A DNA stretch of 63,973 bases, the filler included, from Pirum gemmata (lineage: Eukaryota): assembly GCA_002812295.1 (NCBI GenBank). It is 21 parts of 21 records of this genome, joined end to end, with 100 filler letters (N's around TTAATTAATTAA, not from the genome) between each part and the next. Parts side by side here need not be neighbours in the genome. Positions count along the whole stretch, not along the records: positions 49,362 to 52,216 come from PDIN01004338.1; positions 52,317 to 55,141 come from PDIN01004339.1; positions 55,242 to 58,111 come from PDIN01004340.1; positions 58,212 to 61,059 come from PDIN01004341.1; positions 61,160 to 63,973 come from PDIN01004343.1; 16 more parts are not named here. One strand, 5' to 3'. Positions 49,760-62,010 of the stretch are shown piece after piece. The notes below the pieces were generated by a model. The model was not told the origin of the DNA, did no database searches, and worked only from the letters and a program-made list of their open reading frames with translations. Numbering within the stretch: the stretch's first letter is position 1; each line of letters starts with the position of its first letter. The translations under genes and the position numbers were made by a program.

Positions 49760-51640
49760 GAGTTAGTCTATCGTGTCTATATTCGGTTTTAAAAGTAATA
49801 TTTTTTTAATGTAGGTTAGCCATGTTAGCCATTCTATTCTAGCTACTAGACTTACAGGTTTGTCTATGTTCAAAGATTTTTCTAAAGTTTGACTTCTGGT
49901 GGAAATTATTTGGAACAGCATTGATAATAAAAAGGTTGGGTTTTTGACGACGACCAGTTCGACGACCACTGTCTTGTTGGTTTTCTTTGGGTTAGTATCC
50001 AAAATGTGACTTTTTAGAATTTTTTATATTGATTCTCCTATTTTTAATTATTATCTCTTCCTTTTCATTTTGTTTTATATTCCAAAGGTTGTTTTATATA
50101 TTGATGTATATACTTTTCTTGCCACCTCAGTATACAATACTGACTCTTCACATCCTGTGTCTATTGGTGCTTTCACGTACTGGCACTCCATTTATATTTA
50201 CTTTAAAAGCAATGATATAGCTTTCTTCTTTTTAAAACCTGAGCTTAATTATTATCTCTTCCTTTTCATTTTGTTTTATATTCCAAAGGTTGTTTTATAT
50301 ATTGATGTATATACTTTTCTTGTTACCTCAGTATACAATACTGACTCTTCACATCCTGTGTCTATTGGTGCTTTCACGTACTGGCACTCCATTTATATTT
50401 ACTTNCAATGATATAGCTTTCTTCTTTTTAAAACCTGAGCTTAATTATTATCTCTTCCTTTTCATTTTGTTTTATATTCCAAAGGTTGTTTTATATATTG
50501 ATGTATATACTTTTCTGACTCTTCACATGCTTGTCTATTGGTGCTTTCACTGGCACTCCATTTATATTTACTTTAAAAAAGCATGATATAGTTTTCTTCT
50601 TTAACCTGAGCTGGGCTGGGTACCCTTATCCTCTACTGCTTTTTTTTCTTCTTTATTGCCAGCTGTTGTTCTTTTACCTCGTGCTTCACGAGGAGAATTA
50701 GTTAACGTTTAAACTTTGATTATTAAAATCACTTTCAACTTAATTGATAAGCATGGCAAAGTTATTCTTTCTTTTTAAATTACAAGTTTGGGCGTAATGA
50801 TTAAATCCATGGCAATTAATAAAACATTTAAAACCTTATTATATTAAAATATCCATCTTCTCTCTTGTTTGTTTATAATTGTTATTCATTATAATTTTTA
50901 TTATTATAGTTTCTATTACTATTATAATTGTTAGAGCGAGTGTTATTAGGATTGTTTAATAAATAAGGTTCTTTTGAAATTATTAATATTTCTGTTATGA
51001 TTAAAGTTGTAACCACTACGTCTATCTGAGTTATATCTGCTCTTTTCTTATTATAAGCCGTTTTTTCAATATTGTCTGACTCGATCAATTTCTGTTGTAA
51101 TTCTTCTAGACCCTCAATTCTTTCCTTCTTTAAATCTTTAATGATAGAATCATAAACATTATTCAAGTATTATTCATCATAATATTCTTAGCCTCGAGCT
51201 CATTATCATCCATGTTAGAAAATTTCTACAAAAATTACATTAATTAAAACGATCAATAAAACTTTTAACTTTATCAGTTTCCTTCGATAAATCTCATTTT
51301 TATCAACGATGTTATATCTCGATAAAATCTTCATAATTAAAAACACTTTTAATTCTACATCATTCTTTTTTTTATTTACCCACATTTTCTTCCCTTTAGT
51401 ACCTGTTGCTAATTTGACTTTTAGTATATTAATTCGCATGTTCACATTCCACCAAATTCTCAGAATGTCTTTCGATCAATGATTCGAAGTTTTCTTTGAT
51501 TTTTTTAAATTTTTCGACGTTATTCAAGGACTTCAAAAGTCCTTGGTATGTGTTTTTTAAGCATAAGTAATCATTTGAGCAACCGTAGCTCGGTCTTGTT
51601 CCTCGTCATTCATACTGGCCTGATTATCTAACACAATCCG
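49760..51640 (-). mobile_element. Decayed LTR retrotransposon gag-protease region; ends undefined
   Basis: Zinc-knuckle-like CFINCHGFNHYAQTC (~50782-50826) upstream of retropepsin motif VNINGVPV/VKAPIDTGCEESVL; many stops and frameshifts. Confidence 0.7.
50040..50610. repeat. ~198-bp tandem triplication covering the protease DTG motif
   Basis: Unit restarts near 50044, 50244 and 50441; single N at 50405. Confidence 0.85.
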
Positions 51641-52316
51641 TCCGTTCCGTAATAATCTCTAGCCTTAATAATAGCATATTATATTTTTTGAATTGTTAGG
51701 TTTTCTAGTTTTAATATTTCTTGAATTTGATAATGTCATACATATATTTCTATTCTTGTACGTACCCGTAATAAAAAAGTCGTCTTTAAGTATTCAAAAA
51801 TTAAACAAGTCATTAATATCAGAGGTTCCCCTTATCCTGTGGTTTAAAAAAAAGTTAATTTAATTAACAATTGAATTTCTTCATAGAAGTGTTTTTTACA
51901 TTGTTGGCGGCTAGCTTTAGTTTCGATTAGGATTCACCTAAGCCTACCTCCTGCTATCAATTTGTGGTAACCCAAAGTTATAAAGGGAATAATAATCAAG
52001 AAATCTAGACTTGGAAGTTTTAGAACAAACATATTATAAAAATATATTATAAAATAAAGTTATAGAAACGTTAACAATTTATGTTTTTCGTTTTTATCTT
52101 CTTTTTGAATCTTTAGCTTTAAAATTTTCAAGCTTGACCTTTCAACCACACTCTTACCTCTTCTCTATTTATACCTTTTCTGTACCTATCATTAATATTC
52201 CTATTATTATTATTATNNNNNNNNNNNNNNNNNNNNNNNNNNNNNNNNNNNNNNNNNNNNTTAATTAATTAANNNNNNNNNNNNNNNNNNNNNNNNNNNN
52301 NNNNNNNNNNNNNNNN

Positions 52317-53679
52317 AAAAAATCTGGTAAGAATAAGAGTAAAACTAACAAATGCTAATCCGATATTTTTATTTGAAGCATTATTGGTCGGTGAAGGGTC
52401 TGTTGTTGGTGCGGAAGTTGCGGAAACTGTTCCGGAAGTTGCGGAATTTATTTCGGAAGTGCTTGTTGGACTTACGGTCATTGAACTATTGGCCGTGGAT
52501 GACAACTTGATAATCTGAGTGGTTCCTGGAGATACCTGAACTGAAAACGTAAGTTCTGGACCATAGCTTTCTTGTTTAACATTAGGATTTTCGGTTTTGG
52601 CGTTTTCACGGTAAGCTTTATTCAAAATAGTCTGCTTCAGCAATGCAATTATTATCCCCACTTAATTCCACTTGTACACGTTTACCATCTCGAACTATTA
52701 ATTTCGCTTCTAGTTGGGCACATTCGTCTCTTGCCATTCTCTTACGGAAAACATCACCAATGTCGTCCATCTTTGGAGACTTGATTGGTAGTTTATCTAC
52801 ATAGTTCATAAGGCGAGCTACGCTTCTATCAAACCAATCAGAAACAAGAGAGGTATTTTTTCCTTCAATTAAGTATGGGTTTAGATTACCTTGATGAAAC
52901 ATATGAGGATCTTGACGAAACTGAAGCCAAGGAGAAGTGGTTACTCTTGCCTGGCGGTCCATGGCGTCGTCATATGTCTGACTTTTTTGTTCGGGAGAAT
53001 CTTTTTCAGGGCATTTATATCCAGTGGACCAAGGGCAACAATTTAATGTAATGTATTCATCCATATATACCTCAGGAGTATGAACATTATAGAATATATT
53101 GACAGCCACCCTTGGTATTATCAACAAACCAGCAACACCATATTCTTCTACGGTAGTATAAATACCGTGATGTGCGTGTTCCAAGTTTCTAATTTCTGCT
53201 CTAGAATTATCACCAGTAACTGTAGTAATACCATGATTCACTATAGCACCGATAGCTTCTTTATTTTTAGGGACGGCTTTAGGTAGTCTGTCTGCGGGTG
53301 GTGTTACCGAACTTGGCCACAAACCAGAAATTTCGGGAGGAACCATACTATTCGGAGAAACGTGAAGCTTATATGCTTCCATGTCATTTTTGAAAAATTC
53401 GTTAATACGAGTATCTTGTTGGGTTAAACACGCATCTGGAATAGGGTCTTCTGGAGTAGGGTAAGTAGAGCAATTTGAACCATAAGGTGGGTATTGGTCT
53501 ATGAAAATGTCTTCCCCGGTTAGTACCATATCATTTAGTTTTAATTCATCGCGTAATCGCTGTTCTGGTGTCCGACAAGTGTCATCCACGTTAGGAGTTC
53601 CGCCCAATTGTGTATAACATTCATAGCCTTCCAACCAATCGAGATCTATTGCAAAGTGAAAAAATTAATATGGGTATTC

Positions 53680-53720
<41 letters not shown>

Positions 53721-54929
53721 TGAGTTGGATAATAATGATAATAATAATTAATAACAATTAACAATAATTAACAATAATTAATAATAATAATAAATCATGA
53801 GTAATAATAACAATAAACAATAATAAACAATTAATAATAAACAATAATAAACAATTAATAAATCACAATAATAAACAATTAATAATAAACAATAAACAAT
53901 TAATAATAAACAATAACAAACAATTAATAATAAACAATAATAAACAATAGTCTAATAAACAATAATAAACAATGATAATAACACTTACTTTGATGAGTAT
54001 ATGTGTGCGATACCCAGTGAAAATCCTTCATTAATTTTTGTGACATCGCACTTAATCCTTTACTTTCAGGTACATCAGACCATTCCCCTTCGCTACCATC
54101 TGCTTCAAAACTTGCTCCATTAAAAGCCAGTTCAACTCTAATATCAGAACCAGCAGGTAACTTTGCATTCGTTTCCTCTGCCCATTTTTTTGAGAATTCA
54201 GGTGCATTTGGACCGACTCGAAAATTTGTAGCGTTACCTTTACTACTGTACATATCTGTAACGGCAAACCAATCATCAATATGCATTTGAGTTGATATTC
54301 TTCTTTTCCCCAGATACATACCTTCTGTGATAAAATCGTACCACACGTTCGCCATAGCCATGTTTAGATATGTGTATTCGTAGTTATGTTCTTGGCTCAT
54401 TTCTCCCAAGTTGTATCTAGCAGCCGCATTCTCCCATGTCTCATGCTGCATTTCGTTGATTCTAGAATCGAAAAAGAAGTGCATCTCTTCGTGTTGACTA
54501 TTTTTTTGTATAACAGCAGCAACCTTTCCAGATTTTGCTGCTCCGTTTAAAACTTCAAGGATGGGTTTTACATTTTCAGTATCGGTAATTGTTGCTACGT
54601 TTGCTTGTGTATCACTAAATTCAGCAAAATTCCAACTACAGGTATTACAATTTATACTAGTTAGTTCATTTGCTATTGCACTTGCGTCAAACGCTAAGGT
54701 ATTTGCAGCATCACGACTTGACAAGGAGACACCTGCAACGTCGGCAGGGTTAGAGAAAAGACTTACTAATTTAACACCATACTTGTCACAATAATTACGA
54801 ACAGCGGTCCATTCTTCGGGGGATAAATCGGAGGTCTCCCCAACAACAATGGATCCGTATGCTGGTGTATCCAAGGCTGGTAAAGAAGTCAAAATATCAA
54901 ATCGAGTGCCAACTCCTTCAAGAAAGAAC
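52317..54929 (-). CDS. Agd3-like (CE18-type) polysaccharide deacetylase, 5'-partial; exons 54929-53989 and 53645-52317 with a frameshift near 52632 before an S/T-rich, GPI-signal-like tail
   Basis: GKRRISTQMHIDDWF, FHWVSHTYTHQ|NLD, SMVPPEISGL, IPRVAVNIFYN, RQDPHMFHQGNL and ESYGPELTFSV follow the motif order of fungal Agd3. Confidence 0.82.
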
Positions 54930-55298
54930 CTTTTTTGGTAATAATAATAAAAAATAAGTAAATAAATAATACTACTAATAATACTAACAATAATACTAAT
55001 ATTAATACTAATATTAATACTAATAATAATACTAATATTTTAATACTACTAATAATAATAATAAAAATAAAACATAATAATAATAATACATAATAATAAT
55101 ACATAATAATAATACATAATAATAATACATAATAATAATACNNNNNNNNNNNNNNNNNNNNNNNNNNNNNNNNNNNNNNNNNNNNTTAATTAATTAANNN
55201 NNNNNNNNNNNNNNNNNNNNNNNNNNNNNNNNNNNNNNNNNTTTTAAGTATCACTTTTTGTTTTTTTTTTTAATTAAGTTTAAACTCGTTCAGAAGAA

Positions 55299-57062
55299 AT
55301 GTTTGCGCTTCCTCTCCAACAACGAAAGGGTAGCTGTATTACTACGAATTCACTTTTTTTTAATGATTTGAATGGGTTTTCAACTTCACCAACCCTTGGC
55401 ATTAATGCACTCTTGCAAAACTCAATGATTGAGAGTTCGGGCAGTATGGTTTATGGAATTGGTTTTGGAAATAGTTATGAAAATCCTTCTTCTCCAATAA
55501 ATGATTATTTGAATCTATTACCCCGAAGCCCCACCTCAGTAGACTCTTTGTTAATTAAACAAGAGGAGCCCTTACTCTTGGATAAGCTTAATGGTTCTGA
55601 CATTGTTGATAATTTTCCAATGATGGATAATATTCAAAGCCCACTGGAGAATTCGTCTTTATATCCAACAGTACCATGCTCTCCCCATTTTATCGAAGAA
55701 AACAACAACAACAACAACAACAACAATAATAACAACAACAACAACAACAGAAGCAACACCAACAGCAGATGTTGTGTTCCTCAAATAAGCGAGGACAAAA
55801 ATTCTCCGTGTGTGTTCCAGTTTGATGAAGAAGTTTTCTCAAACCATAGTGCTAGTGAAAATGACCCCAATGAACATCACACACCTTATTCTAATCACGA
55901 GCTCTCTTACCCGCCATCTCCTGTTGTTAAACCTTCTTCGAATATATTATCTACCCCAGATTCTCCTTCAACGACATTGGAAAAGGATCCTGAAAACGAC
56001 ATTCGTAATTATCATGCGCCTATTCCAGACGGAATGACCCAGGAAGAGTTTGTTCGACGCTGTAGTGTTAATGCAGAAGAGAACGGAAGATTATGCTTGA
56101 ACTGTGGAACAGACAGCACCCCTTTATGGAGAAGAAACGAGATAGGTCAGTTTCTGTGCAATGCCTGTGGACTTTATTTAAAGAACTACAATTCCATGCG
56201 TCCTCTTAATAAAAAGAGAAAAAAACGAAGTGTTACTAAAAAGCCTAGGTTGGTTAAAGATGAAAACGGCAATGATGTGATGGCAGAATCTTCTTGTAGT
56301 AACTGTAAGACCAAAGAAACCACCTTATGGCGAAAAGATGCTAACGGTAAGCACCTTTGTAATCCGTGTGGACTTTATCTAAAACTACATGGCGCTGCTA
56401 GACCAAAGTCAATCGTAAAATCCAAAGCTGGTGTGCCAAAGAAAAGAAAACGCGTATGGAAGGAACATGCAAATAAAGCTGTAGACAACCACGTAAAGCA
56501 AAAAGTTGTCGCTGTAGTTGTTAGTAAACAAAAAGGAGTCACCGAAAAACAAAAAACAAATGATCAACCGCAACCACCACAACCACCACAACCACCATCA
56601 CCACAACAACCACCACAACAACCACCACAACAACCACCACAACACAAACAACACAAACAACACAAACAACACAAACAACACAAACAACACAAACAACACA
56701 AACAACACAAACAACACAAACAGCAAGAACACAAACAGCAAGGACAACAAGAACATCAACGTCAACAACACCACCAAGAGACGAGCGATACTCAAGCTCA
56801 AGCTGTTCCTGTTTTTGATAAACCACAAAAAGAGACGACTCCAATGTCCTCTCAGCCACCGGAACCACCACAATCTTGTTACCCACCGTATTGTCCTGAT
56901 GTTAATGCTAGTAATGTTACTTCTAATTTTGATGTTAACTTCGATATGAACATGTTAACCAATTTTTATAAGACTAGTGACTACGATTTTAAAAAAATTG
57001 TCAAAGATAAAGTGGCCTCTATGGAGCGAGAACTTTCCATTTTGAGACAGTACGTTAATTAA
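55299..57062 (+). CDS. GATA transcription factor with two zinc fingers; intronless, 587 aa
   Basis: CLNCGTDSTPLWRRNEIGQFLCNACGLY and CSNCKTKETTLWRKDANGKHLCNPCGLY (CX2CX17CX2C), each followed by a basic region. Confidence 0.95.
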   Translation: MFALPLQQRKGSCITTNSLFFNDLNGFSTSPTLGINALLQNSMIESSGSMVYGIGFGNSYENPSSPINDYLNLLPRSPTSVDSLLIKQEEPLLLDKLNGSDIVDNFPMMDNIQSPLENSSLYPTVPCSPHFIEENNNNNNNNNNNNNNNNRSNTNSRCCVPQISEDKNSPCVFQFDEEVFSNHSASENDPNEHHTPYSNHELSYPPSPVVKPSSNILSTPDSPSTTLEKDPENDIRNYHAPIPDGMTQEEFVRRCSVNAEENGRLCLNCGTDSTPLWRRNEIGQFLCNACGLYLKNYNSMRPLNKKRKKRSVTKKPRLVKDENGNDVMAESSCSNCKTKETTLWRKDANGKHLCNPCGLYLKLHGAARPKSIVKSKAGVPKKRKRVWKEHANKAVDNHVKQKVVAVVVSKQKGVTEKQKTNDQPQPPQPPQPPSPQQPPQQPPQQPPQHKQHKQHKQHKQHKQHKQHKQHKQHKQQEHKQQGQQEHQRQQHHQETSDTQAQAVPVFDKPQKETTPMSSQPPEPPQSCYPPYCPDVNASNVTSNFDVNFDMNMLTNFYKTSDYDFKKIVKDKVASMERELSILRQYVN

Positions 57063-57701
57063 TTTTGGATTTTTTTGACGTATGCGTAGTTTAATTATTG
57101 CTTTGTTTTCATTGTTTTGGTAGCTTTGTATCACAGATTTTATGGTTGTGTAATTTTGCAGTTGCAAGTTGTAACCTATGAATAAATGAGTTTTAGTTTT
57201 AAAAATTTTGTTTCCAATATTTTTGGTTCTCTACCGTTTAAATAGGCAAAATAAAAAAAAGCTTAATTTCAGTATGAGTACCATCCACCATCCAGCACTA
57301 ACACCACCACCACCATCAACATCATAAACATAAACATAAACATAAACATAAATACATGACAATGTCAATGGTGTGGGTTTGTTGAAAAATTATTTGAAAG
57401 TAAAGTTTCTGTTTTGTACTCCCCAACATCTGTTTCATAATCAACTGATTAATAAGAATTTTATTTAGGTAAAGATGAGTTTATGCTTTTATACTTTATA
57501 AAATTTTCGACTCGCACAGGTCTTCCACAAAAAAAATTAACAATCAACAACCACGCAAAACCCACATACAATATAATCTTAGCTCTATCAACAGTATTTA
57601 CTAACTTACGACCCTAAAACTAACAAAACCTTTTCACATTGATACATTCTTGCTTTAAAATGAAATTATACCCCGCCAGCAACCTGTTTTAAATCACATA
57701 C

Positions 57702-57735
<34 letters not shown>

Positions 57736-58211
57736 CTGATGTTGTTGTTGATGATGATGATGATGATGATGATAATCAATAGCCGGTAACCGATAACCCA
57801 CCCAAACATGCCCTGGATTAATCATCGTTATTTTAAGTTCACAGAAAAAAAAAAGGCCCAAAACTAATTGACATTATCTCTATACAATAATACCTAAACC
57901 CAAGCACCCTTTTTAAATTTTTTGTTAACAATGACACTGTTTTTTGTTTTTATTATTTGATATTATTATCCTATTATTCTGCTTATAATCGTTATTATTA
58001 TTATTATTATTATTATTTTTATTAGCATTATTAGCATTATTTATTATTTATTATTATTATTGTTATTGTTATTGTTATTGTTATTGTTATTATTGCTATT
58101 GCTATTGCTATNNNNNNNNNNNNNNNNNNNNNNNNNNNNNNNNNNNNNNNNNNNNTTAATTAATTAANNNNNNNNNNNNNNNNNNNNNNNNNNNNNNNNN
58201 NNNNNNNNNNN

Positions 58212-58439
58212 GGTTAGGGTTAGGGTTAGGGTTAGAGTTAGAGTTAGGGTTAGAGTTAGGGTTAGGGATAGGGTTGGGGTTAGGGTTATCATTAATATTA
58301 TCATCATTATTATTATTATTTCTCACTAAACATCACATTTTTACTATTGCAATTATTATTATTATAATTACATTAGTCATCTATCATTTTTTTCAATTAT
58401 CATCATTATTATTATTATATTTTTTCACTAAACAACATA

Positions 58440-58482
<43 letters not shown>

Positions 58483-58912
58483 ATTAACCATTATCATTTT
58501 TTTAAATTATCATCATGATTATTATTGTTATTTCTCACTAAACAACATGTTTTTACTATTATTATTATTACTATTATTATTATTATTATTACATTAACTA
58601 TTATGATTTTTTTTTAAAAAAAAGGAAAACAAAAAGAAAAACCGCGATACATTGACACGATTAGAGAGTGATAAAAATGAATGGAAAAGTTTAGGGTTAG
58701 GGTTCGAGTTAGGGTTAGAGTTAAGAGTTAGGGTTAGGGTTAGGGTTATCGTTATTATTATCTTCATTATTATTATTATTTCTCACTTAAAATCATATTT
58801 TTGTTATTACTATTATTATTATTATTAGTATTATTACATTAATCATTATCATTTTTTTAAATTTACCATCATGATTATCATGATTATTTCTCACTAAACA
58901 ACATATTTTTAC

Positions 58913-58972
<60 letters not shown>

Positions 58973-59760
58973 ATTAAAACTATTATCATTTTTTTTTAAA
59001 AAAAGGAAAACAAAAAGAAAAACCGCGATACATTAACACGATTAGAGAGTGATAAAAGTGAATGGAAAAGTTTAGGGTTAGGGTTAGGGTTAGGGTTAGG
59101 GGCTAGGGTTAGAGTTAGGATTAGAGTTAAGAGTTAGGGTTAGGGTTTGTGTTAGGGTTATCATGATTATTATCATCTTCATCATTATTATTATTTCTCA
59201 CTTAACAGCATATTTTTATTATTACTATTATTACTATTATTATTATTATTACCTTAACCATTATCATTTTTTTTAATTATCATCATCATTATTATTATTA
59301 ATTCTCATTAAACAACATATTTTCACTATCATTATCATTATTAGTATTATTATCATTATTATTATTACATTAACCATTATCATTTTTTTTAAAAAAAAAA
59401 GGAAAACAAAAAGAAAAACCGCGATACATTAACATGATTAGAGAATGATAAAAGTGAATGGAAAAGTTTAGGGTTAGGGTTAGAGTTAACAAAGAGTTAG
59501 GGTTAGAGTTAGAGTTACGGTCAGAGTTAGAGTTAGGGTCAGGGTTATCATTATTATTATTATCTTCATTATTATTATTATCTTCATTATTATTATTATT
59601 TTTCACTATACATCATATTTTTACTATTATTATTATTATTATTGTTGTTACTTTAACCATTATCATTTTTTTTAATTACCATCATCATCATCATTATTAT
59701 TTTTCACTAAACAACATATTTTTATTATTATTATTATTATTACTGTTATTTTTATTATTA
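58212..59760 (+). repeat. ~380-400-bp composite tandem repeat (TTAGGG array, ATT tracts, conserved core); resumes at ~60900-61059
   Basis: Core ggaaaacaaaaagaaaaaccgcgatacattaacacgattagagagtgataaaa.tgaatggaaaagtttagggttaggg at ~58624, 59005, 59401 and partly 61016. Confidence 0.88.
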
Positions 59761-60827
59761 TTATAAAAATCATCATGGTTATTATGATCATTATTAAAAT
59801 TATCATCATTATTTCCATTAATACTACCATTATTACTAATATTACAAGACTCATCGCCATTTATATTACGGTAGATAATGGTTTTCTTATTAATGTTATC
59901 AATATTACCCTTACAACGGTTATTTCTACTAGCATAATAACTAATATTTTCAGTATTTGTGGATTCTACAGATAGGGTAACTACTGGAGCAGTCCCATAT
60001 ATTGGTTTTGCGCCACTTGCGCCACTTTCGCATTTTGATGCGTAATTTGTGGATTTTGATACGTCACTTTCAAATTTTGATTCATCATTTGTGGATTTTG
60101 ATACGACACTTTCCAATTTCGGTGCGTCAGTTATAGATTTTGTTGCGTCGATCATATATATCGGAGTGTTACTTTTATATTTGCGCACGTCACTTATAGT
60201 TTCTGATACATCATGTGTAGATTCTGGTGCGTAACTTTTAGATTCCGGTGCGCCACTTGAAGATTCTGGCGCGACAGGTATAGATTCTGGTGGGTCAATT
60301 ATAAATTCTGACACGTTACTTGTAGATCCTGGCACGTCACTTGTAGATCCTGGTGCGTCACTTATAGGTCCTGGCGCGTCACTTATAGATTCTGGTGCGT
60401 CATTTGTAGATCCTAGTGCGTAACTTGTAGATCCTGGTGCGTCACTTGTAAATACTGGTGTGTCACTTGTAAATTCGAGTGCGACGATTTCAGATTTTGG
60501 TGCGTCACTTACAAATCCCGATTTTGGTGCTTCACTTACAAATCCCGATTTTGGTGCTTCACTTGAGGATTCTGCTGCATTAAGTGTAGGTTTTGGTGCG
60601 TTACTTGTGGTTTTTAGTGCATGTGCTTCTTGGGTTTGTTCTTGTAGTATCTGGTCTGTTGTCGAACATTTTTCCACAAAATAAATCAGAGGTAATTTAC
60701 CACTGATCATATTACTGTCAATTTTTTGAATAATGAATTCAACTTCTTTACAAACTGTTATTACCCTGCGTGTAACAGAATGTCCTATAGCTTTACTCAC
60801 AGAAGAATAAACTAATAATATTAACAA
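59697..60827 (-). CDS. Mucin-like protein or exon with 7-aa repeats (DAPGSTS/DAPKSES); boundaries uncertain
   Basis: Long ORF with hydrophobic start and 21-bp codon-preserving repeats; its 3' end runs into flanking repeat. Confidence 0.55.
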   Translation of the reverse strand: MLILLVYSSVSKAIGHSVTRRVITVCKEVEFIIQKIDSNMISGKLPLIYFVEKCSTTDQILQEQTQEAHALKTTSNAPKPTLNAAESSSEAPKSGFVSEAPKSGFVSDAPKSEIVALEFTSDTPVFTSDAPGSTSYALGSTNDAPESISDAPGPISDAPGSTSDVPGSTSNVSEFIIDPPESIPVAPESSSGAPESKSYAPESTHDVSETISDVRKYKSNTPIYMIDATKSITDAPKLESVVSKSTNDESKFESDVSKSTNYASKCESGASGAKPIYGTAPVVTLSVESTNTENISYYASRNNRCKGNIDNINKKTIIYRNINGDESCNISNNGSINGNNDDNFNNDHNNHDDFYNNNKNNSNNNNNNKNMLFSEK

Positions 60828-60904
60828 TGGTGATAAAACTAATTGTAATTCTTCAATTTTTATTTTATTATTATTATCACTTTCTTTATTATTATAGTTT
60901 TTAC

Positions 60905-60962
<58 letters not shown>

Positions 60963-61159
60963 TCTCAGTAAACATCATAATAATACTATTACATTAACCA
61001 ATTTTTTTAAAAAAAGGAAAACAAAAAGAAAAACCGTAATACATTAACACGATTAGAGANNNNNNNNNNNNNNNNNNNNNNNNNNNNNNNNNNNNNNNNN
61101 NNNTTAATTAATTAANNNNNNNNNNNNNNNNNNNNNNNNNNNNNNNNNNNNNNNNNNNN

Positions 61160-61265
61160 AACCCACAACCCACAACCCACAACCCACAGCCCACAACCCA
61201 CAACCCACAGCCCACAACCCACAACCCACAACCCACAACCCACAACCACAACCTACAACCCAACC
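61160..61265 (+). repeat. (ACCCACA)n heptamer microsatellite
   Basis: Direct inspection. Confidence 0.9.
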
Positions 61266-61334
61266 TTAATGTCTAAGTGTGAATGGGTTTATAAAATTAA
61301 CAATTGGTTATATAATATTTATTTCTTGATATAG

Positions 61335-61518
61335 GGGTGGTAATAAGAATTGTGGAAAAATTGATAAGGAAAACGTGGAAAATTTATTAAAAAGTACTTT
61401 ACATACCAATGCTATGGCTGCATTAACTGGGAATCCTAGCTTGGGTGGTTCTGATGATACAACTAATACACCCACAACCACCACTGCTGCAAGTTCGTCT
61501 ATTAAACCATTAGAGTAA
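61335..61518 (+). CDS. Possible terminal exon of an unknown gene
   Basis: tag|G GGNKNCGKIDKENVENLLKSTLHTNAMAALTGNPSLGG...KPLE*; open frame and higher GC than flanks. Confidence 0.35.
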
Positions 61519-61689
61519 TATATGAAACAAAATTTTAAAGGGTTTTATTATAAGTAAATGGTGTTTCAAAACTGATGATAGTATTAGTATTAGTATTGGT
61601 ATTACATACAATTCTGCTTCGTTTATAATTTTGGTGGTAATGTAATATAAATATAAAAACAGTGTTAGTAATATTGTATATTTTGACTT

Positions 61690-62010
61690 TAAGGGTTAGA
61701 TTTAGAGTTTGGGTTAGCGTTAGAGTTAGAGTTAGAGTTAGATTTTGGGTTAGAGTTAGGGTTTAGAGTTAGAGTTAAGAGTTAGAGTTAGAGTTAGAGT
61801 TAGAGTTTGGGTTAGGGTTATGGTAAAGTTAAGGTTAGGTTAGAGTTAGAGTTAGAGTTAGGGTTTGAAGGTTAGGTTAGGTTTAGAAGGATAGGGTTAG
61901 AAGCTAAGGGTTAGAAGGATAGGGTTAGAAGCTAAGGGTTAGAAGGTTAGAGTTAGGGTTAGAGTTAGAGTTAGGGTTAGAGTTAGGGTTGGGTTTGGGG
62001 TTAGGATAGG
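61690..62010 (+). repeat. Degenerate TTAGAG/TTAGGG array (another at 63905-63973)
   Basis: Direct inspection. Confidence 0.85.
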
